Shown: positions 9,781-20,401, numbered from the stretch's first letter. The stretch is DNA of 64,000 nt from Candidatus Velthaea sp. (GCA_965214935.1 CBDCCS010000016.1:1-64000), one strand, 5' to 3'. Notes: generated by a model from the sequence alone, not told the origin. A program made the numbers and translations.

Positions 9781-10941
9781 TCAGCCGGCGAGACCTAGCG
9801 CGACCATCATACGGTAACCGACGTCAAGCGCACGTTCGTCGATATCGAAGCGCGCGTTATGATGCGGTACGCCGGTCGCATCGCCGCCGCGCGAGCCGAC
9901 CACGAAATATGCGCCCGGACGTTCATTTTGCATGAACGACATATCTTCGGCCCACATGACGATGTCGTGCTCGATCACCGCTGCGCTGCCGAGTTCGGCG
10001 CGACCGACTTCACGCACGATGTCGTTGATTGCTTTGTCGTTGACCGTCGGCGGATACGACCAGTGAAAGCGGAATTCATAATCGACCCGTAATGCCGCTG
10101 CGACGCCCTTGATGATCCGTTCCATGCGTTCGGGCATGCTTTGCCGAACCGCCTCGTCGAACGCGCGGACCGTGCCCTTCAAATGCGCTTCGTCGGGGAT
10201 CACGTTGAACGTCGTTCCGCTCGAAAAGGCACCGACGGTAATCACGGCCGGATCTTTGGGCGCCAGCTCGCGGCTCACGACCGTTTGCAGCATCGTCACC
10301 ATGTGTGCGCCGGCGACGATCGGGTCGAACGACGTTTGCGGCATCGCACCATGGCCGCCTTTCCCGCGAACGAACAGATCGAATTCATCCGCCGATGCAA
10401 AGTACGGACCGTCGCGAACGCCGATGAGTCCGACATCGAGCCCGCTGTACAAATGCAATGCAAACGTTCGGTCGACGTGCGGATTCTCGAGCACGCCGTC
10501 TTTGATCATCTTGAGCGCACCGGCTTTGCCTTCTTCGCCCGGCTGAAAGCACAGCACGAGCGTGCCGAAGATTTCGGCGCGCCGCGCAGCCAGCGTTTTC
10601 GCCGCTGCTAATAAGATCGCGACATGGCCGTCATGTCCGCAGGCGTGCATGACGCCGGCGTTTTGCGAGCGATAGTCGACCGGATTCGCCTCGCTGATCG
10701 GCAGACCGTCCATATCAGCTCGCAGCAGCGTGACCGGTCCGGGATTACCCCCGCGCAAGATACCGACGACACCGGTCTCGCCGATGCCCGTTCGTACGTC
10801 GTCGAGCTCTAAGGCCGAAAGCGCGCCGGCGACCAGTGCCGCCGTCGCATGTTCGACCATTGAAAGTTCCGGATGCATGTGCAGATGTCGCCGCGTTGCG
10901 ATCATTTCGTGATAAGCCGGCGTCTGCATCGTGTGTGCCAC
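9781..10941 (-). CDS. M20D amidohydrolase
   Basis: RRHLHMHPEL, LRADMD, MHACGHDGH, FQPGEEG, GKGGHG, AEDMS, HHNARF. Confidence 0.93.
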   Translation of the reverse strand: MAHTMQTPAYHEMIATRRHLHMHPELSMVEHATAALVAGALSALELDDVRTGIGETGVVGILRGGNPGPVTLLRADMDGLPISEANPVDYRSQNAGVMHACGHDGHVAILLAAAKTLAARRAEIFGTLVLCFQPGEEGKAGALKMIKDGVLENPHVDRTFALHLYSGLDVGLIGVRDGPYFASADEFDLFVRGKGGHGAMPQTSFDPIVAGAHMVTMLQTVVSRELAPKDPAVITVGAFSSGTTFNVIPDEAHLKGTVRAFDEAVRQSMPERMERIIKGVAAALRVDYEFRFHWSYPPTVNDKAINDIVREVGRAELGSAAVIEHDIVMWAEDMSFMQNERPGAYFVVGSRGGDATGVPHHNARFDIDERALDVGYRMMVALGLAG

Positions 10942-10994
10942 GCGCGCAAGTTCGGCGCTTCAGCGTTAGTCCATCTCACGAACCGACGCGCTCG

Positions 10995-13187
10995 TCACGA
11001 ACGGCCGCGCAACACCGTCACGATACTCGAGTAATCGTCGGTCCAGACACGCGCGGCGCGCGGCGGCGCGATCCAGCGCGGATCGCGCCCGAGTGCCCCG
11101 AGGTCGGCGACGCTGCGGGCGACGATCATCCAGCTCGACTGCGTCACTAGCGTTTGCGTTCCGGGCGGGCGGGTGTCGACCCGGCCGCGCACGACCATGC
11201 GCGCATCGCGCGCCAACGCGCCGATCAACGGCGCAAAATCGAAATACGAATTACTGATGTGAAAGACGATCGTTCCGTGCCACGCAAGGCGCCCGGTATA
11301 CATTTGCATTGCTTCGCGCGTGAGCAAGTGCGTCGGAATGGAATCCGAGGAATATGCGTCGAGCACGATCCGATCGAAGCTATGTGCCGGTGCGCGCTCG
11401 AGCGAAAGCCGGCCGTCGCCGACGACCACCCGACTGTGCGGCGCACAGTCGGCGAGGTAGCGAAAGAAGTGCGGGTCGCGCGCGATAGCGACGATCTGCG
11501 GATCGATCTCGTAAAACGTCCAGCGGCCGCCCGCGGGCCGGTAACATGCAATCGAACCCGCACCGAGTCCGACGACGGCGACCGCTGGCCCCGAGCTCGT
11601 CTCGCGGAAGATATCACCCAGCGGCCCGGCGCGCGTGTAATAGGTTAACGGGGTGCGTTCGAGATCCGGCGACATCCACTCTGCGCCATGCCAGGTATGA
11701 CCGTGCGCAAGCGTATGCGCACCGGCCGTCGCAGACACGCGTTTGACGCCGTAAAAGTTTCGCTCGACGGCGATATCGTTACCGAACGCCGCCCGACAAG
11801 CCGTCGCTGCGAACACCGCAGCAACGCCCAAACCAAAGCGCAGCGGCCGCGCGACGAACGTGAAACACCCGAACGTTGCGACGCCGATCGCCAGCAGAGC
11901 GGTGCTGATTTGCAGTGCGACCGGCTCGAAACCGATGCCGAACAGGGTGGCGAGCAAAGCCGCCCCGATGCAAGCCGGCCACACAACGTCGAAACGCCGG
12001 CGGCGCCTGCGCCCCGGCTCGGGTCGCGCGTGAAGTGCCGAACACGCGGCCACAAGTGCGATCGGATACTCGAAGAGATCGCGAAACAGAAACGGCGCAA
12101 CGACCGTATCGATCGCAGCGCCGAGAACGCCGCCTGCAGCAAGAATCAGAAAGAATTCGGTGAGGCGGCGCTCGTCGGGCGCGTCGGCGGCGATCGTGCC
12201 GTGACAAACGACGGCGATCGCTGCGAAGACCACGAGGTGCAGCGGCAGCTCGAAACCAACCGGGAGCGGGCTACGAAAGCTCATGATGAACACCAGCGGC
12301 AGCAGCACGATCGGCATCGCCCGGTTGGCAATTGCGACGCTGCGGTGGGCTCGCGCCGCGAACACGATAACGAAGCTTGCTAAGTAGATGCCGAGCGGTA
12401 ACGTCCACAACAGCGGAATCGGCGCGACTCGTTCGGAGAGATATGCGGTCACCGAGAGCATCAGGCTGGCCGGGATGGCGGCTAAGGCTAGCCACCGTAG
12501 ACGTCGCGAACGTGCGATCGGTGCAGCGTCGATTTGGGCGGCGGGACGGACATTGGCAACGCGTGCAGCGTACGCGCAGACGGCGAGCAAGACGAGCATG
12601 ACGCCGTACAGCGCGGCCCAGCCGTTGCTTTGCACGCGCAGACCGAGAAGCGGCTCGACGATGAATGGATAGCTCATAAGCGCGACGAGGCTGCCGATGT
12701 TACCGGCGGCATACAATCGGTACGGGTCGCGTCCCGGCCGGGCGAGCGCAAACCACGTCAGCATCAGCGGGCTCGTAGCGGTCAGGACGAAAAACGGCAG
12801 GCCGATGCGGCTCATGAGCGTCGCGACGAGCCACGGCACCGCGGCTGCACCGCTATGCGGCTGCCAATCCGGCGGTATGGACGGCGGCAGCGCGAAGATT
12901 GCCGCCACGCAAAGCAGTCCATGCACGAGCGCTTGATGCAAACTGCATTGCAATTTGCGCAACAGATGAACGTAGCCATAGGCCGCTAAGAGTAAAATCT
13001 GGTAGCACAAAACGCACGCCGTCCAGACTTGCGACGAGCCGCCGAGCCGCGGCAGCGCCATCTTCACAAACATCGGTTCGAGTAAGAATACCAGCAGCGC
13101 GCCGGTGAAGGCCGTTAATGCGAACACGAAGCCGACGGCGATCATTTCCGTATCGTACGAACGTACCGAAGCCGAATTGCTAGTCAA
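10995..13187 (-). CDS. Fused multi-TM membrane domain / spermidine-synthase-like methyltransferase
   Basis: Many TM segments, then VVGLGAG, FYEIDP, GDGR, VLDAYSSD, WTDDYS. Confidence 0.88.
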   Translation of the reverse strand: MTSNSASVRSYDTEMIAVGFVFALTAFTGALLVFLLEPMFVKMALPRLGGSSQVWTACVLCYQILLLAAYGYVHLLRKLQCSLHQALVHGLLCVAAIFALPPSIPPDWQPHSGAAAVPWLVATLMSRIGLPFFVLTATSPLMLTWFALARPGRDPYRLYAAGNIGSLVALMSYPFIVEPLLGLRVQSNGWAALYGVMLVLLAVCAYAARVANVRPAAQIDAAPIARSRRLRWLALAAIPASLMLSVTAYLSERVAPIPLLWTLPLGIYLASFVIVFAARAHRSVAIANRAMPIVLLPLVFIMSFRSPLPVGFELPLHLVVFAAIAVVCHGTIAADAPDERRLTEFFLILAAGGVLGAAIDTVVAPFLFRDLFEYPIALVAACSALHARPEPGRRRRRRFDVVWPACIGAALLATLFGIGFEPVALQISTALLAIGVATFGCFTFVARPLRFGLGVAAVFAATACRAAFGNDIAVERNFYGVKRVSATAGAHTLAHGHTWHGAEWMSPDLERTPLTYYTRAGPLGDIFRETSSGPAVAVVGLGAGSIACYRPAGGRWTFYEIDPQIVAIARDPHFFRYLADCAPHSRVVVGDGRLSLERAPAHSFDRIVLDAYSSDSIPTHLLTREAMQMYTGRLAWHGTIVFHISNSYFDFAPLIGALARDARMVVRGRVDTRPPGTQTLVTQSSWMIVARSVADLGALGRDPRWIAPPRAARVWTDDYSSIVTVLRGRS

Positions 13188-13304
13188 CGAACGACATGAC
13201 CCTTCACGCGATGCGTCGCAAGCGCTTTAGAGCTAGTCCGGGATTACCCCGTCATTACGGCGTAAAGACTTCGGTCGTGGATCAAAGCGTTACGATCGCG
13301 CCCG

Positions 13305-14339
13305 ATGCGAGTCGTTAAAGTCGCGTTGCTCGGTTACGGCACCGGCGGCGCCGTATTTCACGCACCGTTCATTGCAGCCGTACCGCGCCTGGCGTTAAGC
13401 GCAATCGTGACGAGCCGCAGCGCGGACGTCGCGCGTGACGTACCGAACGCAGCCGTCGTCGGCGATGCGCAGTTTATCTTCGACGATCCGGCGATCGAAC
13501 TCGTCGTCATCACGACACCGAATATCATGCATTTCGACTTAGCCGAACGTGCACTGCGGGCGGGCAAGCACGTCGTCATCGATAAACCCATGACGACGAC
13601 GAGCACGCAGGCCGACCAGCTGATCGCGCTCGCCGCTCGTTGCGGCAAATTGCTCAGCGTCTATCAGAACCGGCGCTGGGACGGCGACTTTCTGACCGTT
13701 CGCAAATGCATCGACGACGGCCGCTGCGGTACGGTATATTCGTATGAAGCACATTACGATCGCTTTCGTCCGGCGATCAAAGCCGGTTGGCGCGAGCGCC
13801 CTTTACCGGCGTCCGGTCTGTTGTTCGATCTCGGCTCCCATTTGATCGATCAGGTCCTCGAGTTATTCGGTTTGCCGCAGACGCTTAGCGCCGATGTGAT
13901 CGTCCAGCGTCCTCAAGCGCAAGTCGACGATTACTTCGTCGTTACGATGCAGTACGCGAACCGCCGGGCAATCGTCGGTGCATCGACACTAGTGGCGCGG
14001 CCCGGGCCCCACTTTGCCGTTCACGGCGACCGCGGCAGCTTCGTGAAATACGGCATGGACCCGCAAGAAGCCGACCTGAAAGCCGGCAAGGCGGTGGCAT
14101 CGGCAGGTTGGGGTGTCGACGAACCGGCCGCCTACGGCACGTTCAGCGGAGCCGACGGCGCGAGCGAGCGGATTCCGACGATTCCCGGTTCGTACGCCCG
14201 GTATTACGAAGCGATTGCCGACGCTATCGTTGACGGCGCGCCGCTTCCGGTGACGGCGCAGCAGGCTCGCGACGTCGTGCGCACGATCGAACTCGCGCGC
14301 GTCAGCGCGTTGGAGCGCCGCACGGTTGCGGTAACCTGA
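13305..14339 (+). CDS. Gfo/Idh/MocA oxidoreductase (YdgJ/IolW-like)
   Basis: GYGTGG..FHAP, GKHVVIDKP, YQNRRWDGDF, DLGSHLID. Confidence 0.92.
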   Translation: MRVVKVALLGYGTGGAVFHAPFIAAVPRLALSAIVTSRSADVARDVPNAAVVGDAQFIFDDPAIELVVITTPNIMHFDLAERALRAGKHVVIDKPMTTTSTQADQLIALAARCGKLLSVYQNRRWDGDFLTVRKCIDDGRCGTVYSYEAHYDRFRPAIKAGWRERPLPASGLLFDLGSHLIDQVLELFGLPQTLSADVIVQRPQAQVDDYFVVTMQYANRRAIVGASTLVARPGPHFAVHGDRGSFVKYGMDPQEADLKAGKAVASAGWGVDEPAAYGTFSGADGASERIPTIPGSYARYYEAIADAIVDGAPLPVTAQQARDVVRTIELARVSALERRTVAVT

Positions 14340-15144
14340 TCGTCTCGAATGCAATCGCGTTAAGCGCCAAGTCCAGCTGCGGCAAGCGGTCGAGCGGTGC
14401 CGGTATGCCGTCGTACGCGACGGCCAACATTCCGGCGTCGTCGTTCACCCGATCGCCGCCGCGTGCGCGCAGAGCGTTCATGAGCTCCGCCGTTAAATCG
14501 CCGACGTCGGCCGCTCCGGCGGCGATCCAGTTCGCAAGTCCGTCGGTACCGAGAAGCGAACGCCGCGCGTCGCGGCTTTCGGTGAAACCATCGGTCGTCC
14601 AAACCAGCACGTCGCCGCGCTGCAGGACGAAGCGTTCGGTCCGATATGCGCTATACGGTGAAACACCGACGATCGGACCGGTCGGCGCCAACGTACGGAC
14701 GGCGCCGGCATGCCGCACGAATGCCGGCTCATGACCGGCGCTTGCATAGGCAACTTCACCGGTTTGCGAATCGACGATCCCGACAATGACCACGACGAAG
14801 GCTTCGTAATTATCGATCGTGCGACAATAAATAGCGTTAAACTTGGCCAGCACGGCCGCGGGATCGCCGTCACTTTCGATCGCCAGCGTCCGCATCGTAT
14901 AGCGGATGAAAGCAGCTTGCGCGGCGGCGGCTGCGCCGTTTCCACTAATGTCGGCAACGACGATGAGTGCAAAACGGCGGTCGAGATCGTAAACGTCGAT
15001 AACATCGCCGCCCATGCCCGCATCAGGCGCCGTAGACTGGACTGCCGACGCATACGCTATGTGCGGAATTATCGGGTGCGCGCGCAGCATGTCACGACCG
15101 CTCGATGCGGTACGGTACGGGGACTCGGCCGGCAAACTGTTCAC
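14302..15144 (-). CDS. Stand-alone SpoIIE/RsbU-type PP2C phosphatase
   Basis: GGDVID, VADISGNG, ASAGHEP, TDGFTE, NDD. Start GTG 15144 or ATG 15090; the ORF-track extension to 15474 is not supported. Confidence 0.85.
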   Translation of the reverse strand: MNSLPAESPYRTASSGRDMLRAHPIIPHIAYASAVQSTAPDAGMGGDVIDVYDLDRRFALIVVADISGNGAAAAAQAAFIRYTMRTLAIESDGDPAAVLAKFNAIYCRTIDNYEAFVVVIVGIVDSQTGEVAYASAGHEPAFVRHAGAVRTLAPTGPIVGVSPYSAYRTERFVLQRGDVLVWTTDGFTESRDARRSLLGTDGLANWIAAGAADVGDLTAELMNALRARGGDRVNDDAGMLAVAYDGIPAPLDRLPQLDLALNAIAFETIRLPQPCGAPTR

Positions 15145-15410
15145 GACGCTCAAAGGCCTTTCTGAATGGAGGCTACCCACTTGTTGAAAAGCAAGCAATC
15201 GAGCGCCTTGCGCCGTCCGGCGCTCTGCGCGGGGACTTGCGTCACGTTCGGGATACGGCGCGAAACCGTCGTTGCGCGTCGCGGTATACATGTTTCGAGC
15301 GTACATGCAAACGAAGTTGCAACGCTGCACGGCTCGCGCAGGACTCGCAGACGTCCTCGCGGAGTATGCCCGGTTCGGCCAATCGTTCGCGGAGGTTCGT
15401 CGGTGCCAAT

Positions 15411-16430
15411 ATGGTGACTTCAACGGCCGGTTCGCTCGAACGGCACGATCTAACCGACGCGCAACTCGTCGCAATGTTGCGCAACATGCTCTTGCAGCGG
15501 CAGATCGACAACCGCGGCTTTCAACTCAACCGTCAAGGAAAAATTCCGTTTGCACTCGGCTCCGAAGGCCATGAAGCGCTGCAAGCCGGTGCAGCGATGG
15601 CGTTCGCACGCGGCAGCGACGTACTCGTTCCATACTACCGCGATCTCGGCTTAGTCTTAGGCATCGGCGCGACTCCGCTCGAGATGCTATGTTCGATGTT
15701 TGCGCGCGCGGCCGACATATCCGGCGGCCGGCAATTTCCCAATCACTACAGCGATAAAAAGCGCGGCTTATTAACCATCAGCTCGATCATTGCCGCGCAT
15801 TGTCCGCACGCCGTCGGCGTTGCGTACGCAATGAAATATCGGCGCGAAACGGGGCGCGCCGTGCTTGTGACCACGGGTGAAGGTGCTACGAGTCAAGGCG
15901 AGTGGCACGAATCCGTCAACTTCGCAGCCGTACATCGTTTGCCGGTCGTTTTCTTAGTTGAAAATAATAGCTATGCGATCTCTACGCCGCAGTCGGCGCA
16001 GATGGCGGTCGCCGACGTGGCGATGAAAGCAGCCGGTTACGGCATACCGGGCAACGTTTGTAACGGCCTCGATCCGATCGGAACGTATGGTGCGGTGAAG
16101 AGTGCGCTGGAACGTGCGCGAAGCGGCGGGGGACCGACGCTCGTCGAAGCCAAATGCTTTCGCTTTCTCGCACACTCGACCGATGACGACGATCGCTCTT
16201 ATCGAGAACGTGCGGCGATCGACGAAGCGCGCCAGCGCGATCCGGTGCCGGCGTTCGAGCGAGTGTTGCTCGAAGCGGGGCTCATCGATAACGCGGCGTT
16301 GAGTGAACTGCGCGCCGCGGTATTACGCGAAACGAACGAAGCAACCGATGCCGCCGAAGCACTGCCGTTGCCGCACGCCGCAGCACTCTATACCAATGTG
16401 TATGCCGGAGCGTTCGAACCTTGGCAATAA
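15411..16430 (+). CDS. bkdA1: 2-oxoacid (branched-chain) dehydrogenase E1 alpha
   Basis: LNRQGK, GHEA, PYYRD, GEGATSQG..ENN TPP motif, HSTDDD; GGAGG upstream of ATG 15411. Confidence 0.9.
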   Translation: MVTSTAGSLERHDLTDAQLVAMLRNMLLQRQIDNRGFQLNRQGKIPFALGSEGHEALQAGAAMAFARGSDVLVPYYRDLGLVLGIGATPLEMLCSMFARAADISGGRQFPNHYSDKKRGLLTISSIIAAHCPHAVGVAYAMKYRRETGRAVLVTTGEGATSQGEWHESVNFAAVHRLPVVFLVENNSYAISTPQSAQMAVADVAMKAAGYGIPGNVCNGLDPIGTYGAVKSALERARSGGGPTLVEAKCFRFLAHSTDDDDRSYRERAAIDEARQRDPVPAFERVLLEAGLIDNAALSELRAAVLRETNEATDAAEALPLPHAAALYTNVYAGAFEPWQ

Positions 16431-17404
16431 TGAACAACGTCGATGCGGTGCGCTCGACGCTGCACGATGCGCTGCAAAACGACGATCGCACGCTCATCAT
16501 GGGCGAAGACGTGGGCAGTCGCGGAAACGTCTTTCTCATTACCCGTGGTTTTCTCGAAGAGTTCGGACCGGAGCGCATCATCGACACGCCGCTGGCCGAA
16601 GCATCGATCGTCGGCGTCGCAATCGGCATGGCAATGGAAGGTTTGCGACCGATCGCCGAGATTCAATTTGCCGATTTCATTTATCCGGCGTTCAATCAAA
16701 TTGTCGGCGAGGCAGCCAAGACGCGTTACCGCTCGAACGGCGATTATAGTTGTCCGCTCGTCATTCGTACGCCGTACGGCGGTGGCGTTCGCGGTGCGCT
16801 GTCGCATTCGGTTTCAATCGAGGCGTTGTTTTATCACGTCCCGGGACTAAAAATCGTCGCTCCGTCGTCGCCGGCCGACATCAAAGGGCTGCTCACCGCA
16901 GCGATCGAGGATCCCGATCCGGTGCTCTTCCTCGAACACAAAAAAACCTATCGTTCGGTGAAAGGCGACGTGCCCGACGGCCGCTACGTCGTACCGATCG
17001 GCAAAGCGGAAATTAAAAAACCGGGCACCGATCTCACGGTGGTCTCGTATGGTTACAACGTGCATCAGGCGCTCGACGCCGCGACGCAACTCGAAGCGTA
17101 CGGCCTGTCGGCCGAAGTCATCGACTTACGTTCGATCCGACCGATGGACAAAACGACGATTCTTGCCAGCGTGCGTAAAACGCACAAGTTATTGATCGTG
17201 CACGAAGATAACAAGTTCGGCGGGATCGGCGCCGAGATTGCAGCGATGGTGGCCGAAGAAGCACTTTTCGAGCTCGATGCGCCGATTCGCCGGCTGTGCG
17301 GACCCGATGTCCCGGCGATGGGTTACGCGATAACGCTCGAAGATGAGTTTATGATCTCGACGGCCCGCATGCTTGACGCGATGCGCGAAATCGCGCAGTT
17401 TTAA
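16421..17404 (+). CDS. bkdA2: 2-oxoacid dehydrogenase E1 beta
   Basis: GEDVG, DTPLAE, EIQFADF, HSVS, FLEHK, IDLRS. Confidence 0.92.
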   Translation: MAIMNNVDAVRSTLHDALQNDDRTLIMGEDVGSRGNVFLITRGFLEEFGPERIIDTPLAEASIVGVAIGMAMEGLRPIAEIQFADFIYPAFNQIVGEAAKTRYRSNGDYSCPLVIRTPYGGGVRGALSHSVSIEALFYHVPGLKIVAPSSPADIKGLLTAAIEDPDPVLFLEHKKTYRSVKGDVPDGRYVVPIGKAEIKKPGTDLTVVSYGYNVHQALDAATQLEAYGLSAEVIDLRSIRPMDKTTILASVRKTHKLLIVHEDNKFGGIGAEIAAMVAEEALFELDAPIRRLCGPDVPAMGYAITLEDEFMISTARMLDAMREIAQF

Positions 17405-17407
17405 GCC

Positions 17408-18673
17408 ATGCCGACGACGATTACCATGCCGCAACTCGGTGAAACCGTCACCGAAGGCACCGTCGCGCAATGGCTCAAAAAAGTCGGCGACGCCGTTGAG
17501 AAATACGAGGCGTTCGTCGAGGTTTCGACCGATAAAGTCAACGCCGAGGTGCCGTCGCCGGTAAGCGGGACCATTCGCGAACTCATTGTAAGCGAAGGTC
17601 AAACGGTGCCGACCGGCGCGCCGATCGCCGTCATCGACGAGCTGTCCGGCGATATGCCGGCGTTACCGGTCGCCGAACCCGTCCCGGCGGTCGCCGCACG
17701 AACGGCTGCAAGTTTGCCGAGCAACGGGAACGGTAAGCCGGCAGCACCGAACGGCATGTTGCGCGGTGTCTCGCCGGCGGTCCGGCGTTTAGCGCGCGAA
17801 CATTCGATCGATATCACGACACTGCACGGCAGCGGAACGAACGGGCGCGTTACCGCCCGCGACGTCGCCGGCGCAGCGCACGATTCGTCCGTCGCCGGCA
17901 GCATCGCGGGCGCGGCGATCGCAGCAGCACCGTTACCCGCCGCCGTAGCGAACCGGCCGCAGTATGCGTCCGCGGTTCCCGGCGACGTCGTGCCGTTGAG
18001 CCAGGCGCGCCGCATGATTGCCGAACGGATGGTGTCCTCGAAACAAACCGCGCCCCATGCATGGACGATGGTCGAGACCGACGTGACGAACGTATGGCGT
18101 TGGCGGACGCATGAAAAAGCGGGCTTCGAACGGACCTACGGCGTCAAATTAACGCTGCTTCCGTTTTTCATGCGTGCCGTCATCGAAGCGCTAGCCCACC
18201 ATCCGCTTATGAACGCCTCGTTTAGCGCCGATTCCATTACGGTTCACAAAGAAGTGAACGTCGGGATTGCGGTGGCCGTCGACGGGAATCTGCTTGTTCC
18301 GGTAATACGCGCGGCCGACAAACTGTCGATCAAAGGACTCGCGCTGGCAATCGGCGACATCGTCGACCGCGCGCGGCGCGGCAAACTCAGTGCCGATCAA
18401 CTTGCGGGCGGAACGTTCACGATCAACAACACCGGAGCGAACGGATCGGTGCTGTCCGCGCCCATTTTAGTTAGCGGCCAAGCCGGTATCGTCACGATGG
18501 AAGCCGTCGTTAAACGGGCCGTCGTACGTGACGACGATGCAATCGCAATTCGGTCGATGATGAATGTGTGTCTATCGCTCGATCATCGGGTCGTCGACGG
18601 CGCAGTCGCCTCGGCGTTTCTAGCAGCGATCAAGCGGCGTCTTGAAGCAATGGGCCCGGCCGGCTCCTTATAA
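17408..18673 (+). CDS. bkdB: Dihydrolipoamide acyltransferase E2
   Basis: Lipoyl domain MPQLGE..TDKV, E3-binding SPAVRRLA..GRVT, catalytic DHRVVDG. Confidence 0.93.
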   Translation: MPTTITMPQLGETVTEGTVAQWLKKVGDAVEKYEAFVEVSTDKVNAEVPSPVSGTIRELIVSEGQTVPTGAPIAVIDELSGDMPALPVAEPVPAVAARTAASLPSNGNGKPAAPNGMLRGVSPAVRRLAREHSIDITTLHGSGTNGRVTARDVAGAAHDSSVAGSIAGAAIAAAPLPAAVANRPQYASAVPGDVVPLSQARRMIAERMVSSKQTAPHAWTMVETDVTNVWRWRTHEKAGFERTYGVKLTLLPFFMRAVIEALAHHPLMNASFSADSITVHKEVNVGIAVAVDGNLLVPVIRAADKLSIKGLALAIGDIVDRARRGKLSADQLAGGTFTINNTGANGSVLSAPILVSGQAGIVTMEAVVKRAVVRDDDAIAIRSMMNVCLSLDHRVVDGAVASAFLAAIKRRLEAMGPAGSL

Positions 18674-20216
18674 ACTGAAGCGCCGCCGTTTCGCCTCGCT
18701 GCTTGCCGCAGGGGCCGCCGTGTATGCCGTTCCGGCAAACGCCGCGCTCGACGGTCCGCCGCGCGGCCTTATCCCTTCGAGTACAACTTTGGCGCACGTT
18801 CGCGCCGTCTACCGTGCGGCGCATACCGGACAACGGACGAAGAACGCAACGCTCATCGAAGAGTGGCGGCTGGTGCAGGACGGACAAACCGGTTTGTTTC
18901 GCGTGCATCGTTTCGGCAAAGACTTTCGTGAAACGACGATTCTCGGTCCGCTCGTCTATGATAACGGTGTGCACGCCGGCACGCGCTGGCAACAAAATCG
19001 CAACGGCTTGACGTTCACGTTTTCGGGCATTCACGAACGCGACGCGATTTCCGACCGCGCTTGGGACTCAAACGATGAACGCTACGTGCAGTTGATCGGT
19101 GAGTCGGTCGCGCTCAACGCCTTTGTTATCGAAGTCGAGCCGCCCAACGGCCGTCGTGAGTGGCTGTTCGTCGATAAGCGCAGCGGCCAGATCGTGCGCG
19201 AGGACCGGCTCGAACGCAGTCGCCGCTTCGTGACGACGTACGACGACTTTCGTACCTTCGATGGAGCATTGCTTGCCGGGCGCGTACGCAGTGTCGACTC
19301 GCTCAACAACGTACGCGAGCAAATATTGAATACGCGCTATCTTGATACCACACCGGATCCGGCCGACGTCGCAGTTATTCCGACGCGCCGCACGCTCGTT
19401 GAATTTCCGCCCGGCGTTCCGCTCGTGCGGCTCCCGGTCCGCTTCACGAACGGCCTGCTCGTCGTGCGCGTTGTCGCCGACGGTCATCCTTTCGACTTCT
19501 TGCTCGATTCCGGCGCGGCGGGCATCGTGATCGATCCGGTCGTTAGCGAAACGTTGAGTCTAGAGCGTTACGGCGAGCGCGTCGGCGCAACGATGGGGCC
19601 GTTTCCCGAAACAACGTCGATCGTGCCGTCGCTTTACGTCGGCGCGTTGCGGATGCGCAATGTCGTTACACGCGTCGTTCCGATCCCATTCCGCGCTGAT
19701 GACCGCACGCGGATCGCCGGTCTGCTCGGCTTCGACTTCTTTGCCGAGAGCGTCATCCACGTTGATTGCGAACGCGCCGTCGTCGAGGCGATACATGCGT
19801 CGGCGTTCCGCGTTGCCGGCGATGTAACGAGCATCGCGCTCGCCCTCGACGATAAGCAGCCCGCGGTGCGCTTGAAGATCGGGCCGGTCGCCGCGCGAGC
19901 GGTACTCGACACCGGCGCGAATCGCACGGTGCTCGCAGCGGCGTTTGCGGAACGGCTCGAACCCGGCGCCGAGCAGTCGGCGCTTACGGCATCTCGCTTC
20001 CACGCCGTCGGCGGAGTCGGCGATGCGGAGACGGTGCGGCTGAAAAACGTCGAACTTGCGGGCGTCACCCTCAACGACGCGCTCGTCGACATTTCGAGCG
20101 CCGACCTGGGCTTCGAAGATATCGACGGCGTCATCGGCACCGACGTGTTGCGCAAGTTCGATGTCTTCTTCGATTACCGCTCGAACGCTGCGCATCTCCG
20201 GCGACTCACGCTGTGA
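18642..20216 (+). CDS. Secreted protein with two retropepsin-like aspartyl protease domains
   Basis: FLLDSGA and VLDTGA, each followed by GLLG/GVIG; N-terminal KRRRF + hydrophobic + ANA signal. Start uncertain (TTG 18642 or CTG 18675). Confidence 0.8.
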   Translation: MKQWARPAPYKLKRRRFASLLAAGAAVYAVPANAALDGPPRGLIPSSTTLAHVRAVYRAAHTGQRTKNATLIEEWRLVQDGQTGLFRVHRFGKDFRETTILGPLVYDNGVHAGTRWQQNRNGLTFTFSGIHERDAISDRAWDSNDERYVQLIGESVALNAFVIEVEPPNGRREWLFVDKRSGQIVREDRLERSRRFVTTYDDFRTFDGALLAGRVRSVDSLNNVREQILNTRYLDTTPDPADVAVIPTRRTLVEFPPGVPLVRLPVRFTNGLLVVRVVADGHPFDFLLDSGAAGIVIDPVVSETLSLERYGERVGATMGPFPETTSIVPSLYVGALRMRNVVTRVVPIPFRADDRTRIAGLLGFDFFAESVIHVDCERAVVEAIHASAFRVAGDVTSIALALDDKQPAVRLKIGPVAARAVLDTGANRTVLAAAFAERLEPGAEQSALTASRFHAVGGVGDAETVRLKNVELAGVTLNDALVDISSADLGFEDIDGVIGTDVLRKFDVFFDYRSNAAHLRRLTL

Positions 20217-20224
20217 ACGCTCGA

Positions 20225-20401
20225 CTACGGCGAATGGGTGGTGAACCGGTTCGGGCGGATCAGCCACGCGCACAAACCCGCGCAGCCGGCGTCCCAAGCC
20301 GGCACCGACGGCTCTTCGGCCCACGATTCGCAAATCGCGTAGAGTGGTTCAGATAGGGTGAAGGCGTCCATCGTATCGTTCGCTTTCGGCCGTTGCGGCA
20401 T
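20225..20401 (-). CDS. Possible small protein (58 aa)
   Basis: ORF MPQRPKANDTMDAFTLSEPLYAICESWAEE.. fills the gap downstream of the DUF4438 gene; no recognised motif. Confidence 0.3.
   Translation of the reverse strand: MPQRPKANDTMDAFTLSEPLYAICESWAEEPSVPAWDAGCAGLCAWLIRPNRFTTHSP

Noticed and set aside
15105..15474. Apparent head-to-head overlap of the PP2C and E1-alpha ORFs
   Set aside because: Both are ORF-caller extensions; the likely starts are ~15144 and 15411.
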